Origin: Eledone cirrhosa
Lineage: Eukaryota
DNA: 64,000 nucleotides
Direction: 5' to 3'
Assembly (NCBI GenBank): GCA_964016885.1
Contig: OZ024741.1
Coordinates: 124,124,001 to 124,188,000 of the forward strand
Part shown: positions 40,427 to 53,896 of the stretch, piece after piece
How the letters are laid out: the number at the start of each line of letters is the position of its first letter
Position numbering within the stretch: the stretch's first letter is position 1
The notes under the pieces: generated by a model
The model's database searches: none
Told to the model about the DNA's origin: nothing
What the model saw: only the letters and a program-made list of their open reading frames with translations
Made by a program: the position numbers and the translations under genes

Positions 40427-40950
40427 ACCCATGCGTACATATGTATATATATGTGTGTATATATATATATATATATTTATGGGGGGGGGGGGGGTACATA
40501 TACATAATTTTATTTGTGTATCAGCTGTGCTAGGACGAGAAATAAAATTATAATTATATATACACACACACACACACATTCATATCTGTGTGTCTTTATG
40601 TGTATATTGAAATGGACACAGCATGGCAGAATGTTAAAGAGCCTCGTTTCACAATGGATTTTTTTCTTTCTGGTCAATGAGGCGGATGTTTATCTATTTA
40701 TCTGAAAAAATGTAGTAGCGAAAGACATACAGCAAAACACTAATCCAAAGTTTTATCCCTTAATCTATCACACCTTCTTTATTTTACTGATCCCGAAATT
40801 ATGCCAGGTAAATTGAAGACAGTTCACAGAAATGGAACACCCTTCGCCAACTTTTCTATATGATGCTGTGATGCAACTGTCTACTACTAGCTGTAATTGC
40901 CATGTCATGTCATTTCATTAGGAATCTAATTCAAGTGATCATACGCTTAC

Positions 40951-41195
40951 CGAAAACTAAGCTTAGTCGTGACTCCAATTGGCAGTTAAGAGTGACTGAA
41001 GCCGAATCATTGCATTCGAATTCCTGGGCGATATTAATTTCAATATGATATTCGCCAGTGTTTATTTTGAGATAATATTTATAATGTATCATCTATTTTG
41101 TATTTCCAAATGTCTTAATCTCGTGCCGCAAATATTTGGTTATCTCACGAATAGAAACAAAATATTGATACGCTTCAAAACTTATTCTTGTATAA
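40951..41195 (-). CDS. Candidate host exon with one in-frame TAG
   Basis: Acceptor gttttccAG and donor G|GTAAGC. 81 codons with a single stop: YTRISFEAYQYFVSIREITKYLRHEIKTFGNTK*MIHYKYYLKINTGEYHIEINIAQEFECNDSASVTLNCQLESRLSLVF. Confidence 0.3.
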
Positions 41196-42992
41196 CTGGA
41201 AAACATTAGAATATTCCATTGATTGTAAAGCTTGTGAATATAATTTAAGATGAATTTCAATAGTTATAAATATTTACTTTCATTATTTCCTTCTAACAAA
41301 ACATCCATAAAATCTGATATGTGGCTGTATTGCTGAATGATTTACAAAATTTATTGTAATGAAAATATCACATAATGAATTATTATAACAACTAGTTGAT
41401 ATCAATTTATATATGTATCTATAAATTTGCCATTTCAGTTAATTTATATTGCTCTTTGTTAGACTATGCGCCATTTTTCACAGAATATCTGTTTATCATG
41501 TCTCTTTTTCCGTTTATCTCTGCATCATTGCACGTTCAGTTTAATATTTATTGGTGTGGATGGGTGGTGTAGTGAGTTGATCTCCGTTTATTTACTTGAA
41601 CCACTTTACGTCTTGAAATAAAAAATTCAAATGATAGATTTTGCAATATATTATCTTGGGGTTTATGTGAAATAATTATGGATCACTTCAAGGGGCTTGA
41701 TACTATCGACTATATTCTTTTCCGAAATGTGTGTCTATATATAAACTGAAAAATTACTGGGTGCACTCTGATAACATCCGTGTCAAACGCTTGATATAGG
41801 GAACCACCTACCCCATAAGGTTTTTTAAACCTTCTCCCTGCCCAATTCGATAGGGTTGGAGATGATCATCAGGAAGGTGCTCAACAGTAAGTCAGACTGG
41901 ATCTTTTTTCACATTCATCTTGACATATTCTGATGTTAATGCATTCGACATTTCATCAGCCGTGTCAATAAATATTTTGCATGATACCCTCTGATTTCCT
42001 TTGTATTTTTAAATAAAATAAAAATACAAGCAGCCAAACATTGTAAAACATCATTAAGGTAAAAGGGTGCTGAATAACAGAAATTAGAGTGTCGGACAAA
42101 ATGCCTTGAAGTATTTAATTAGCTCCCTTTATCTTTCGTTTGCTTTCAAATAATTCAGGAATCAATTTGGCTTTCACTCGACTAGGACCAGTCACGCAAT
42201 TACCAATTATATACCGAAGTTGATTCACTCGATTATAACACCGCTCTTAAACGAGAAAATAGAAATATACATTACAATATCTCGACTTCAGTTAAAATTT
42301 TAAAGTCACCCATGAAAATTTCACGACACCATCAATTCAATAATTCAATAAAAAAATGATATCCTACATATTCATTTCTAACGTTATGCCAATTACTGAA
42401 AGAAATCAATACGTTTATATGTTATATACTTTTCAATAAGAGACGATGTTGAGCAGGACACAATCTGTCTCCCTGGGATGCACTCACTTGCATGTTAATT
42501 TTACGAGCAAGTCCATCGAGCAACAGGAAGACCCGTTGTTTAAACCGCCAAAGCTTCAGTTCAATGTGTTTCGTTCATTAAGTGACATTTGCGTCCTGGC
42601 GAGTTGATGGCTGCCTTTTCTTCTCGTTCATTGTGCTGTAGGGTTAGCTTACCTGTACAAATTTCGTTTAGAAACGTTCGATATATGATATTAGAATATA
42701 TGAGCACTTGCCGTGGTGGGTTTGGAGTCCCTCCTTTAAAACTACTGGAAGCTTCTAACGACTACTGTATGTCAAGATGAAGATGTTATAGATCTAAACA
42801 TTGAGCATTTCTTTACTTTATAAATGGCAGATATTTGTATGTCTAACTAATGTGAATATATAAAGTAATTTCCTCTGAGGTGAATTAAATGTTCTCTTGA
42901 TTGATTGACTCATAACTTTCATTAGGAACATTCCTGCGCGTAATAATAGCATATAGATATAGATATAGGTCAACACAAGCACCCACACACAT

Positions 42993-43040
<48 letters not shown>

Positions 43041-43145
43041 GGAGGGTCATATTTTTATATATATGCAAATATATGGATGCATGAATACATCTAAGTGCCT
43101 GTGTGGGAATATGGTTCTATCCGTAATTTATGTGCGTTTACTTAC

Positions 43146-43262
43146 TTCATTCCGTTTCTATTTATATAAAATATATTAGAGAAAATGTAATAATTTATCT
43201 TGAAGGCATTAAAAGATAATTGGTTTATATTCTCATTACAGCTTTGCCAAGTTAAAACTCCT
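43146..43262 (-). CDS. Candidate host exon (117 nt, phase 2 to phase 2)
   Basis: Acceptor tttgtttctatacAG and donor AA|GTAAGT. Open frame GVLTWQSCNENINQLSFNAFKINYYIFSNIFYINRNGM, phase-compatible with 41195-40951. Confidence 0.4.
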
Positions 43263-43605
43263 CTGTATAGAAACAAATTAATAAGCTTGTATACGGAAAT
43301 TACATTGTGATAGCATGATAAATACTCCATTCCATCTTTGGTGCAGTGGTTTAAGGAGAAACATTAATTCATATGGGCACTGGTATTAGATAATTGACCC
43401 GTTGGTTCTTTTCTTTTATCTGTGTTTGAATGCGTGCCTCTTTCTCTCTCTGCATACCTGTCTACATGGCTAGTAGCCGGTCGATTTGTCTATCTAACTA
43501 CCTGTCTCCCCCTATCTCTCTCCTATCTATCTCTCTCTCTCTCTCTCTCTCGCTCTTTCTCTCTCTCTCTCAACTTCTCTCTCTCTATTTGTAGAAATAA
43601 ACATT

Positions 43606-43777
<172 letters not shown>

Positions 43778-43943
43778 AATGTAATCTGAGTTTTTCGAAT
43801 ATTAATAATCGTTTCTACTTTTGGCACAAGGCCAGCAATTACCCAGTACTAACTGTTGTGTAACCACTTCAACCTAACTCGTCCCATGGACTGAGTGCTC
43901 TACCACTACGGATATTCCCTTCCAGTGTTCTACCACTATATAT

Positions 43944-44664
43944 ATAGGAACGATTAGGACCCCGACGGCTGAGCTCAAGCCGTTCCGACGGCTAATTCTG
44001 GACTAAATGAAAATGTTTATCCTCTTAAATGAATAGCCGAACTTCTCAGGGGGTAATTCCATATATGGTAAAAGTGATTGTCACAAGGATTGGTCAAAAG
44101 TTTCTTATTGAGACACATGATTCTATCATGGCATTTTGTGGAAGGTAGAGGTAGCTGAACTTGCCAGTAGAAGAAAGAGGGAGAGGGAGTGGAGAAAACA
44201 CAGTCAAGCGTTGAAAGTGACAACTACAGCAGATTCAAAGGATAGGAGGTTGAAAAAAGTATACTAGAGAACGGGAGGGGGGAAGAAGTCGAAACTATAA
44301 GTAAATCTATATGGAGTAAATATATAGTGAGTTTCCTCCACCTCTCTCCCACTTTCTTCCACTGGCAAGTTCAGCTACCCTACCTTTCACAAAATGCCAT
44401 GATAGAATCATGTGTCTCAACAACAAACTTTTGACCAATCCTTGTGACAATCATTTGTAACATATATGGAATTACTCCCTAAGAAGTTAGACTATTCATT
44501 TAACAGGATAAAAATGTTCATTTAGTCGAGAATTAGCCGTAGAAACGGCTTGAGCTCAGCCGTCGGGGTCCTACTCGTTCCTATTACCCACTCTACTACC
44601 CTAAATATTGAGTACTTTGGTGCGTTATGGTCCATCTGGTTCCTTACCACATTTCCTTCATTAT
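43944..44664. mobile_element. Divergent inverted pseudo-LTR pair (about 255-bp arms) with long-stem-II hammerhead-like motifs
   Basis: Arms about 43944-44201 and 44327-44584. Motif acccc CTGAGAA..cggcta..tagccg..G(G/A)AA CGGCT..AGCCG TC ggggt at 43959-44054 (-) and 44474-44569 (+). Confidence 0.72.
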
Positions 44665-44668
44665 ACAC

Positions 44669-44700
<32 letters not shown>

Positions 44701-44825
44701 GTTTTTTTTACAAAATGAAAAAGAACCGAGGTGTCCTGCACGGGTGAAAGTATATATATATCCATACATATGCGTAGATACATGCACTCTGCTACATATA
44801 TGCGTATAAGTAGGCAAACACCTAA

Positions 44826-44861
<36 letters not shown>

Positions 44862-45283
44862 GAATGTATATGTAGTGTATTTTGCAATACACTGTATGCT
44901 TAATTAAAAGCATTTTGAAGACCACACGCTATTGTTTTAAAGTAGAGACATTGTCGCTACTTACATTTTCGGCAGACATATATATGTGTATATATATATA
45001 ATTTACATCCTTAGAAAAATAGTAACTGTCTATAATACGTAGGCATCTCAATAAAAGGATAAGGTATATCAACAAATTGATAAACCAATAATCCACTCAG
45101 AGAATTATTAAAATATCAAATTTAACCCCAAATCACACTTCGTATGAGGGGGATACAAGTGAAGTTTGGTAAACGAAGCCAATTCCAACCTCTCTAGTGC
45201 CCTAACCATGGTTTCAAAATCTGAAAGAGCCAGCATTTTGGAGTACTGAAGTTTTATCTGAAGAGGCGAGTTCATCAAAAAAT

Positions 45284-45781
45284 TTCGTATTTCAAAGGAA
45301 ACACGGTTTTAGGAAACCGTAGCTATGAAAATATCGGGGCTGAACCCCTCTGGTGGTGTCCGGCAGATGCAATGGAGACAGCCGTCTATGCATTTCAGGC
45401 TTGACTGGCCTTCCTTAGGACGGTCCTCCCACCGCTTGCAACTGCTGGACTTGAAAACAGTCGAGCATATATAATTTTCTCGTCTTTGTAAATGAGGTGA
45501 TTAATCTCATTTGCATATGAAGCTGCATAAGTTGGCTCAACTTAGAATAAAAATAGGATTTCGCTTCAAGCATAGCTTTATACAAATATGTATAGAAATT
45601 TCGTTTTTCTAAAGAAACACGGTTTTAGGATGCCGTAGATATGCAAACACCGGGGCTAACGCCCTCTGGTGGTGTCCAGCAGAAGCAAGGGGGACAACCG
45701 TCTATGCATTTCAGGCTTGACTGGCCTTCCTCAGTACGGTCCCTTCCACCGCTTGCAACTGCTGGACTTGAAAACAGTCGG
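45284..45781. repeat. Direct repeat of about 180 bp (two copies, period about 317)
   Basis: aaacacggttttagga..ccctctggtggtgtcc..ccgtctatgcatttcaggcttgactggccttcc..gaaaacagtcg at about 45284-45463 and 45599-45781. Confidence 0.9.
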
Positions 45782-45967
45782 GAATATCCCATTATCAATG
45801 GAGTAACCCAATTGACCGGGCCGACTTGCTTGATTGCAGAGCAGCTTTAAGTTAAATGAGATAAAAAGACGTTAAAATTACATTTTGTAAGGTAAGATTC
45901 ATTTATTATCTTGGCTATTTAATATTCTTTCTAATGCATTGTTGGTTTTCAAAATTTAAATTTGTGT

Positions 45968-46014
<47 letters not shown>

Positions 46015-46017
<3 letters not shown>

Positions 46018-46992
46018 GATAAATCTACCAAGAGTTTACGGTAGTGTCCAATCCGTATGAAGAACTCAATGTATTCCGGATATCATGGAAAGAAGAGATG
46101 TAATGAAAAATCACTTTCGGTGAAAGATAAACGGTATACAGAGTCAAGATAAAATATTAAACAAATAATGAATAAACAATGAAACAGTTCCTTATATTAA
46201 ACAAAAAAAGTTCATTATTTAACGATCGTTTCTAGGATATATATGTGTTAGAATTGGCATGCATATTCAACAGATCTATGTACAAAATTATACAAAATTA
46301 TACAAACTATCAAGATTAAATATACATACCAACACATATATACGCCGTCTTCAGAAATAATGAAATATATTTATTGATAATAACAACAATTCAAAATTTC
46401 AGGTCCGTTTGGGAACAAAATTGACCAATGAAAATACAAAAGGTTTAATGCAGTTCAGTGTGTGTATATACATGTAACTACCCTTACACATATTTTACAA
46501 AAATGTATGCACAACTTGTATACGCATATCAAAAGGATGGATGCAAGTACAAAATTTCAAGGTTAATGTCTCTGTAAGTTTATAATGCACAGATAAGATG
46601 CGTATAGACACATAAATATGAAATAAGTGTATACACATATTCACATACTCAGACATATCCGTACAATCATACACACACGCGCGTATATGCATAAACATAC
46701 ACATAACTACGAACATACAAACACACACACACCCCCACACACATATATATATGTGTGGATATAAAATCCTAAGCACATGGATATTAATTTACTCACATAA
46801 ACACTGGCACACACATTTAGATCAAGATACAGAAATTAGGTGGGAGGGGGGGAGAGGTCAGTATTCAACGGTTTGGGCAGACTGCTTAATATAGATGTAT
46901 CTATAAACTAAGAAAATAAAAAATAATAAATAATAAATAAACAATAAAAGGAAAGAAAAGAAAAAGAAAAAAGAAAAAAGAAATATATCAAG

Positions 46993-47064
<72 letters not shown>

Positions 47065-47216
47065 CACATATATACACACATACATATATATATATATACA
47101 CATATACAAACACATACATACATATACACACATCCACACTTAGAACATACATACACACACATATATAAACATATACATATACACACATACATACATATAC
47201 ACACATACATATAAAT

Positions 47217-47299
<83 letters not shown>

Positions 47300-47578
47300 C
47301 ATACACATATAATCACACATACTATATAGACACACATATATATACACACATACACGCACATATACATACACTTACATACTTATATACATACAGATATACA
47401 CATACATACCTATATATACACACAAATACATACAGACATACATACATACATACAGACAAATACTTACGCATCTATATATCGGTATATACATACAAACACC
47501 ACTACACTCTCACACAACTCAGACATACAAAGAAAAAGGTATATAGCTATACACAAATACATATACAAATAGAGAAAC

Positions 47579-47610
<32 letters not shown>

Positions 47611-47829
47611 ATATATATATATATATATACATACACATACACACACATACACATACATACACATACATACATGTACACACACATAGATATATATACACAT
47701 ACACACATACACACATACATATATAGTCATACACACACATACACCTACACGAACATACACATACACATATATAAAGATATATATACACACACACACACAC
47801 ATACACACACACACATATATATAAAATAA

Positions 47830-47882
<53 letters not shown>

Positions 47883-48215
47883 TACATATATATACATACA
47901 CACATACATAGACATATATGTACATACATACACATACACAGATACATACACACACATAGATACATATATATATACACACGTAGACATATACATACAAATA
48001 CACACAACATACATACACACATATATATTCATACATAGAATTAGATATATATTCATACATACACTCGCACTTACATATACTCATATATATAAATACATAC
48101 GCATTCATATATGCGTATATACATAGAAACACCACTACACACTCACCCAACTCAGACATACAAAGAAAAAGGCATATACATATATATATATACACGCATT
48201 AATAGAGATATATAT

Positions 48216-48252
<37 letters not shown>

Positions 48253-48483
48253 CACTTATATATATATACCCACACACACATACAACCATAAATACACATA
48301 TAAACACCCACATATACATATATATACACATATATATATATATACACACACACATAAAAAACAGACATGCACATATATATTTTTTTACACATATATATAC
48401 ACATATATATACATATACACACCCTCACATATACACACATACACATAAGTTATATTATAATAATAAATAATATATATATATAC

Positions 48484-48528
<45 letters not shown>

Positions 48529-48781
48529 CGAATATAGACACATATACACACATAGATATATATATACATATATATATACACATACATATACACACACACA
48601 TATACACACTCACATATATATGTGTGTGCAAACACACATATATACACATACACACATATACACATAAACACATATATGTGTATACATGCACACACACACA
48701 TATATCCACATAGATACGAAGATAGACATATAAATAGAGAGACATACATATATATACACACACACATATACATACATACAT

Positions 48782-48852
<71 letters not shown>

Positions 48853-51349
48853 CACACATACACATACACATATATATACACATGCATATATACACATATA
48901 CACATACATACACACATATATATACACACACAATCTTACATTCTTATTTGCATGCGCATATATGTATTTTTATATTCAGATATAAATACCCAAACATATA
49001 TACACCTACCTACATATATATTCATACATACACACTTACAAACACAGATGATAATAGTATGGGGGAAAGGGGGGGGTTGGAGAAGGGGATTATAGTAAAT
49101 ATATGTTTCAAGAAACATAGAATATTATCCGTATCTGGATCCAATGTATGTTTTTACATATTTTCAGTGTTAGGAAATACAATAAACAAGAAATAAGGCA
49201 AAATTTATGCATTTCAAAATAAATAAGTATACCATTAATTATATGTTAACTAAACTAAAGATAGTTAACATATTGATTTCTAAGGTGTAAATTAGTTAGG
49301 TTTATAATATTTGAAGCAGAATTTTGAAGTTAAAAAGTAGTAGAGTATTGATTATAGTATAACTAAATTAAAGTTAATAACGTTATGGTATCAATATTAG
49401 GAAATGAATTTAGTAATAGGGAAAAAACAAATAAAGTATTACATCGGTAGTAGAATATAAATTATAGGTTAACTAAATTAAAAATTATATATTTATTTCT
49501 ATAGTATATGTTAATTAGGTATATAATAAATAAAACAGATATTGTATTTTATCAATAGCAGAATATAATTATATGCAAATAGAAATCAAAATTAATACAT
49601 ATACATATACATATACATACACATATATATATACATATATATACATATATATATACATATATACACATATACACACACATACACATACACATACACATAC
49701 AACATATACATATACATATTTTTTCAAAAATTGCAAAGAATATATTAACTAGGTATATATCCAAAACACATCTCATTCTATGATTACATGACATTCTGCA
49801 ATTCGTCTGTATAAGGATACTAATTTTAAGCCAATTAAATTAAATTTTTAGGTTGACTAAAATTAAAACCAAATTATAAATATATTTCTAAAATGTATAT
49901 TAATTAGGTCTATAATACTAAAAATTATTTCTCTGTCATTGGATACACGATATTTTGTTATATTTTATCTGTAAAAGAATTATAATAAAAGGTTTAAATA
50001 AATTAAAATTAATCTATAAATTAAATTACTAAGTATATATTAGTAATATTTAAAGGTTTTTCACAATTTAAGATTACATAATATTTTATATTCTCATCTG
50101 TAATAGAATTTTAATTAAATTAAATTTATAGGTTAACTAACATTTAAATTAAATTAATTTCTAAAATAATGTTATTAATTAGGTTTATAATATTTAAATG
50201 TTTTTTTTAGTTTATGATTACACGATATAATTAATTCCTGTCGTTTATTTAATAGGATATCCTTAGATTTCATTATTTCAAATAGTTCTTGGGAACATAA
50301 TCTACATTCATTTCTATTATTTTGATAAGGGGTGGCTCTTTTGAGCACACTCCAGGTCAAATCATATTCTATATTCTTATTTTTATAACTATTGATTTTT
50401 TCTGCTAGAGATGTTGTATTAGCCAGTGCGGCATTTTTAAAACTATGCTTGTGGGTATTAAACCTTGTCTTAAAATTGTTAGAGGTAGCTCCTATATATG
50501 AGCAAATAGAATCTTTAGTTTTAACATTACATTTGTAGACTATGTTGTTAACAAGACAATTCCCTTTTAATGGGCAGTTTGCTTTGTTTCTACAGTTACA
50601 ACCTTTCGTTAATTCTGTATTTGAGGAGATATTATGGTTAGTTTGATGTACTGGTGGTATACTTATGGTTTTCTTACATTTATATGCATTATAGGCACTT
50701 ATATTTTGTTTTATGTTATTTGTTGTAGAGTATGAGAATTTAACTGTAGACCTATTTAAGATTTGATGGTATTTGTGGTTTGGCGGGAAGTTTTTCTCTA
50801 GGATATAAAATAATTTTTTAGCAATATTATCCTTAATTTGTAAATTAAATGGAGCATTATACCAAGTAACCCGTCTATTACGGTTTCTATGTTGTTTATT
50901 ATTTTTATTATTTTTATAGGTTGTATCGTGATTTTTACTAGGAGGATTAATGTTAATGATCTCACCACAACCATTTTTAGTTATATTTGTAGATTTAGGT
51001 GTTTTTTCCTTTTTATTTGGAGTTTTATTATTAATATTTATTAGAGTTGTATGATGAGTAGTTTTTTGAGAGTTACTATACTTTATATTAGAAGATTTGG
51101 TATTTTGGGGTATATACGCATATATGAATGCGTATGTATTTATATATATGAGTATATGTAAGTGCGAGTGTATGTATGAATATATATCTAATTCTATGTA
51201 TGAATATATATGTGTGTATGTATGTTGTGTGTGTGTGTATGTATATGTCTACGTGTGTATATATATATGTATCTATGTGTGTGTATGTATCTGTGTATGT
51301 GTATGTATGTACATATACGTCTATGTATGTGTGTATGTATATATATGTA

Positions 51350-51392
<43 letters not shown>

Positions 51393-51592
51393 TTATTTTA
51401 TATATATGTGTGTGTGTGTATGTGTGTGTGTGTGTGTGTGTATATATATCTTTATATATGTGTATGTGTATGTTCGTGTAGGTGTATGTGTGTGTATGAC
51501 TATATATGTATGTGTGTATGTGTGTATGTGTATATATATCTATGTGTGTGTACATGTATGTATGTGTATGTATGTGTATGTGTGTGTATGTG

Positions 51593-51643
<51 letters not shown>

Positions 51644-51939
51644 ATATATATATATATATGTATATGTTTCTCTATTTGTATATGTATTTGTGTATAGCTA
51701 TATACCTTTTTCTTTGTATGTCTGAGTTGTGTGAGAGTGTAGTGGTGTTTGTATGTATATACCGATATATAGATGCGTAAGTATTTGTCTGTATGTATGT
51801 ATGTCTGTATGTATTTGTGTGTATATATAGGTATGTATGTGTATATCTGTATGTATATAAGTATGTAAGTGTATGTATATGTGCGTGTATGTGTGTATAT
51901 ATATGTGTGTCTATATAGTATGTGTGATTATATGTGTAT

Positions 51940-51989
<50 letters not shown>

Positions 51990-52139
51990 ATTTATATGTA
52001 TGTGTGTATATGTATGTATGTGTGTATATGTATATGTTTATATATGTGTGTGTATGTATGTTCTAAGTGTGGATGTGTGTATATGTATGTATGTGTTTGT
52101 ATATGTGTATATATATATATGTATGTGTGTATATATGTG

Positions 52140-52187
<48 letters not shown>

Positions 52188-53028
52188 CTTGATATATTTC
52201 TTTTTTCTTTTTTCTTTTTCTTTTCTTTCCTTTTATTGTTTATTTATTATTTATTATTTTTTATTTTCTTAGTTTATAGATACATCTATATTAAGCAGTC
52301 TGCCCAAACCGTTGAATACTGACCTCTCCCCCCCTCCCACCTAATTTCTGTATCTTGATCTAAATGTGTGTGCCAGTGTTTATGTGAGTAAATTAATATC
52401 CATGTGCTTAGGATTTTATATCCACACATATATATATGTGTGTGGGTGTGTGTGTGTGTTTGTATGTTCGTAGTTATGTGTATGTTTATGCATATACGCG
52501 CGTGTGTGTATGATTGTACGGATATGTCTGAGTATGTGAATATGTGTATACACTTATTTCATATTTATGTGTCTATACCCATCTTATCTGTGCATTATAA
52601 ACTTACAGAGACATTAACCTTGAAATTTTGTACTTGCATCCATCCTTTTGATATGCGTATACAAGTTGTGCATACATTTTTGTAAAATATGTGTAAGGGT
52701 AGTTACATGTATATACACACACTGAACTGCATTAAACCTTTTGTATTTTCATTGGTCAATTTTGTTCCCAAACGGACCTGAAATTTTGAATTGTTGTTAT
52801 TATCAATAAATATATTTCATTATTTCTGAAGACGGCGTATATATGTGTTGGTATGTATATTTAATCTTGATAGTTTGTATAATTTTGTATAATTTTGTAC
52901 ATAGATCTGTTGAATATGCATGCCAATTCTAACACATATATATCCTAGAAACGATCGTTAAATAATGAACTTTTTTTGTTTAATATAAGGAACTGTTTCA
53001 TTGTTTATTCATTATTTGTTTAATATTT

Positions 53029-53030
<2 letters not shown>
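46015..53030 (-). mobile_element. 5'-truncated Naiad-type PLE: inverted partial pLTR, ORF 3' end and about 4-kb microsatellite-rich pLTR
   Basis: Coding remnant about 51090 to 50175; inverted arms 46150-48122 and 51110-53030; (TA)n at both outer ends. Confidence 0.8.
50175..51090 (-). pseudogene. Naiad-type PLE linker plus GIY-YIG endonuclease
   Basis: RRVTWYNAPFN; FPPNHKYHQILNRSTVKFSYS; CNCRNKANCPLKGNCLVNNIVYKCNV; SYIGATSNNFKTRFNTH; CRLC; LLNKRQELIISCNHK; frameshift near 50395. Confidence 0.88.
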
Positions 53031-53109
<79 letters not shown>

Positions 53110-53896
53110 TTATATATATGCGTATTTATATGCATGTATGTAGCAGTCTGTATGTATCTATGTATATGTATGTATATGAAATAAGCAGTATTAGGGATAG
53201 TTTACCTTGTAGAGTTATATATTTATAATGACTGCTCCTTAAATGGATGCGCAGGTCGCCATTTAGCTTCATAACATTAACAAAAGAATTCAACCATTCT
53301 GTGAATTTCCTCAGTATACCAGTATTTACTTACTACTTGAACTTCATATAAGGTAACACATATAGTTTAGAAGCCTATTTAGATTTATTCCCGGCTGAGC
53401 CAGCCGTAACTTTATATGCAAATTAGCTGATCAGCCAATGTAAATAGGCTATAAGTTTTAGACTATATTAAGTTCCAGCAGTAAACGGTTGGCAGTACCA
53501 GTTTGTAACGACAAAAGTCAGACATGATGACATCATCATCAAAGGCTGCCCTTATTTAGGATGTGTTTGTGTGTGTGTGTGTTGTGTGTGTGTGTAGATA
53601 GATAAGTACACGCAACTACAGCCTACATTTGTGTATGTAAAAAAAGATCACAAACAAAAATGAGGAAACTAGTGGTCTGTTTCCTATGCTTTCAAGATTA
53701 TGAATTCAAATAAATCTCTTTGGACATCACATGGATTTTAGACAAGCACAACCTCACAACCTCATGAAATGAAAACAAAATATATTTTGAAATGTACTAT
53801 GCGAAAATTGTTATAGTATCTACTAAATGAAACGTTAAACTAACATATCTGTGTTAATGTAATTCAATTATACACATTTTCATGCTAATATAATCT

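Noticed and set aside
50175-50620. Selenocysteine recoding as reported for some Naiad elements
   Set aside because: The conserved cysteines examined use TGT/TGC, and no in-frame TGA or SECIS was recognised.
52824-52962. Hammerhead in the Naiad pLTR (CTGAAGA hairpin; GAAACGATCGTT)
   Set aside because: The two half-cores do not combine into one convincing motif. They are possibly two decayed ribozymes.
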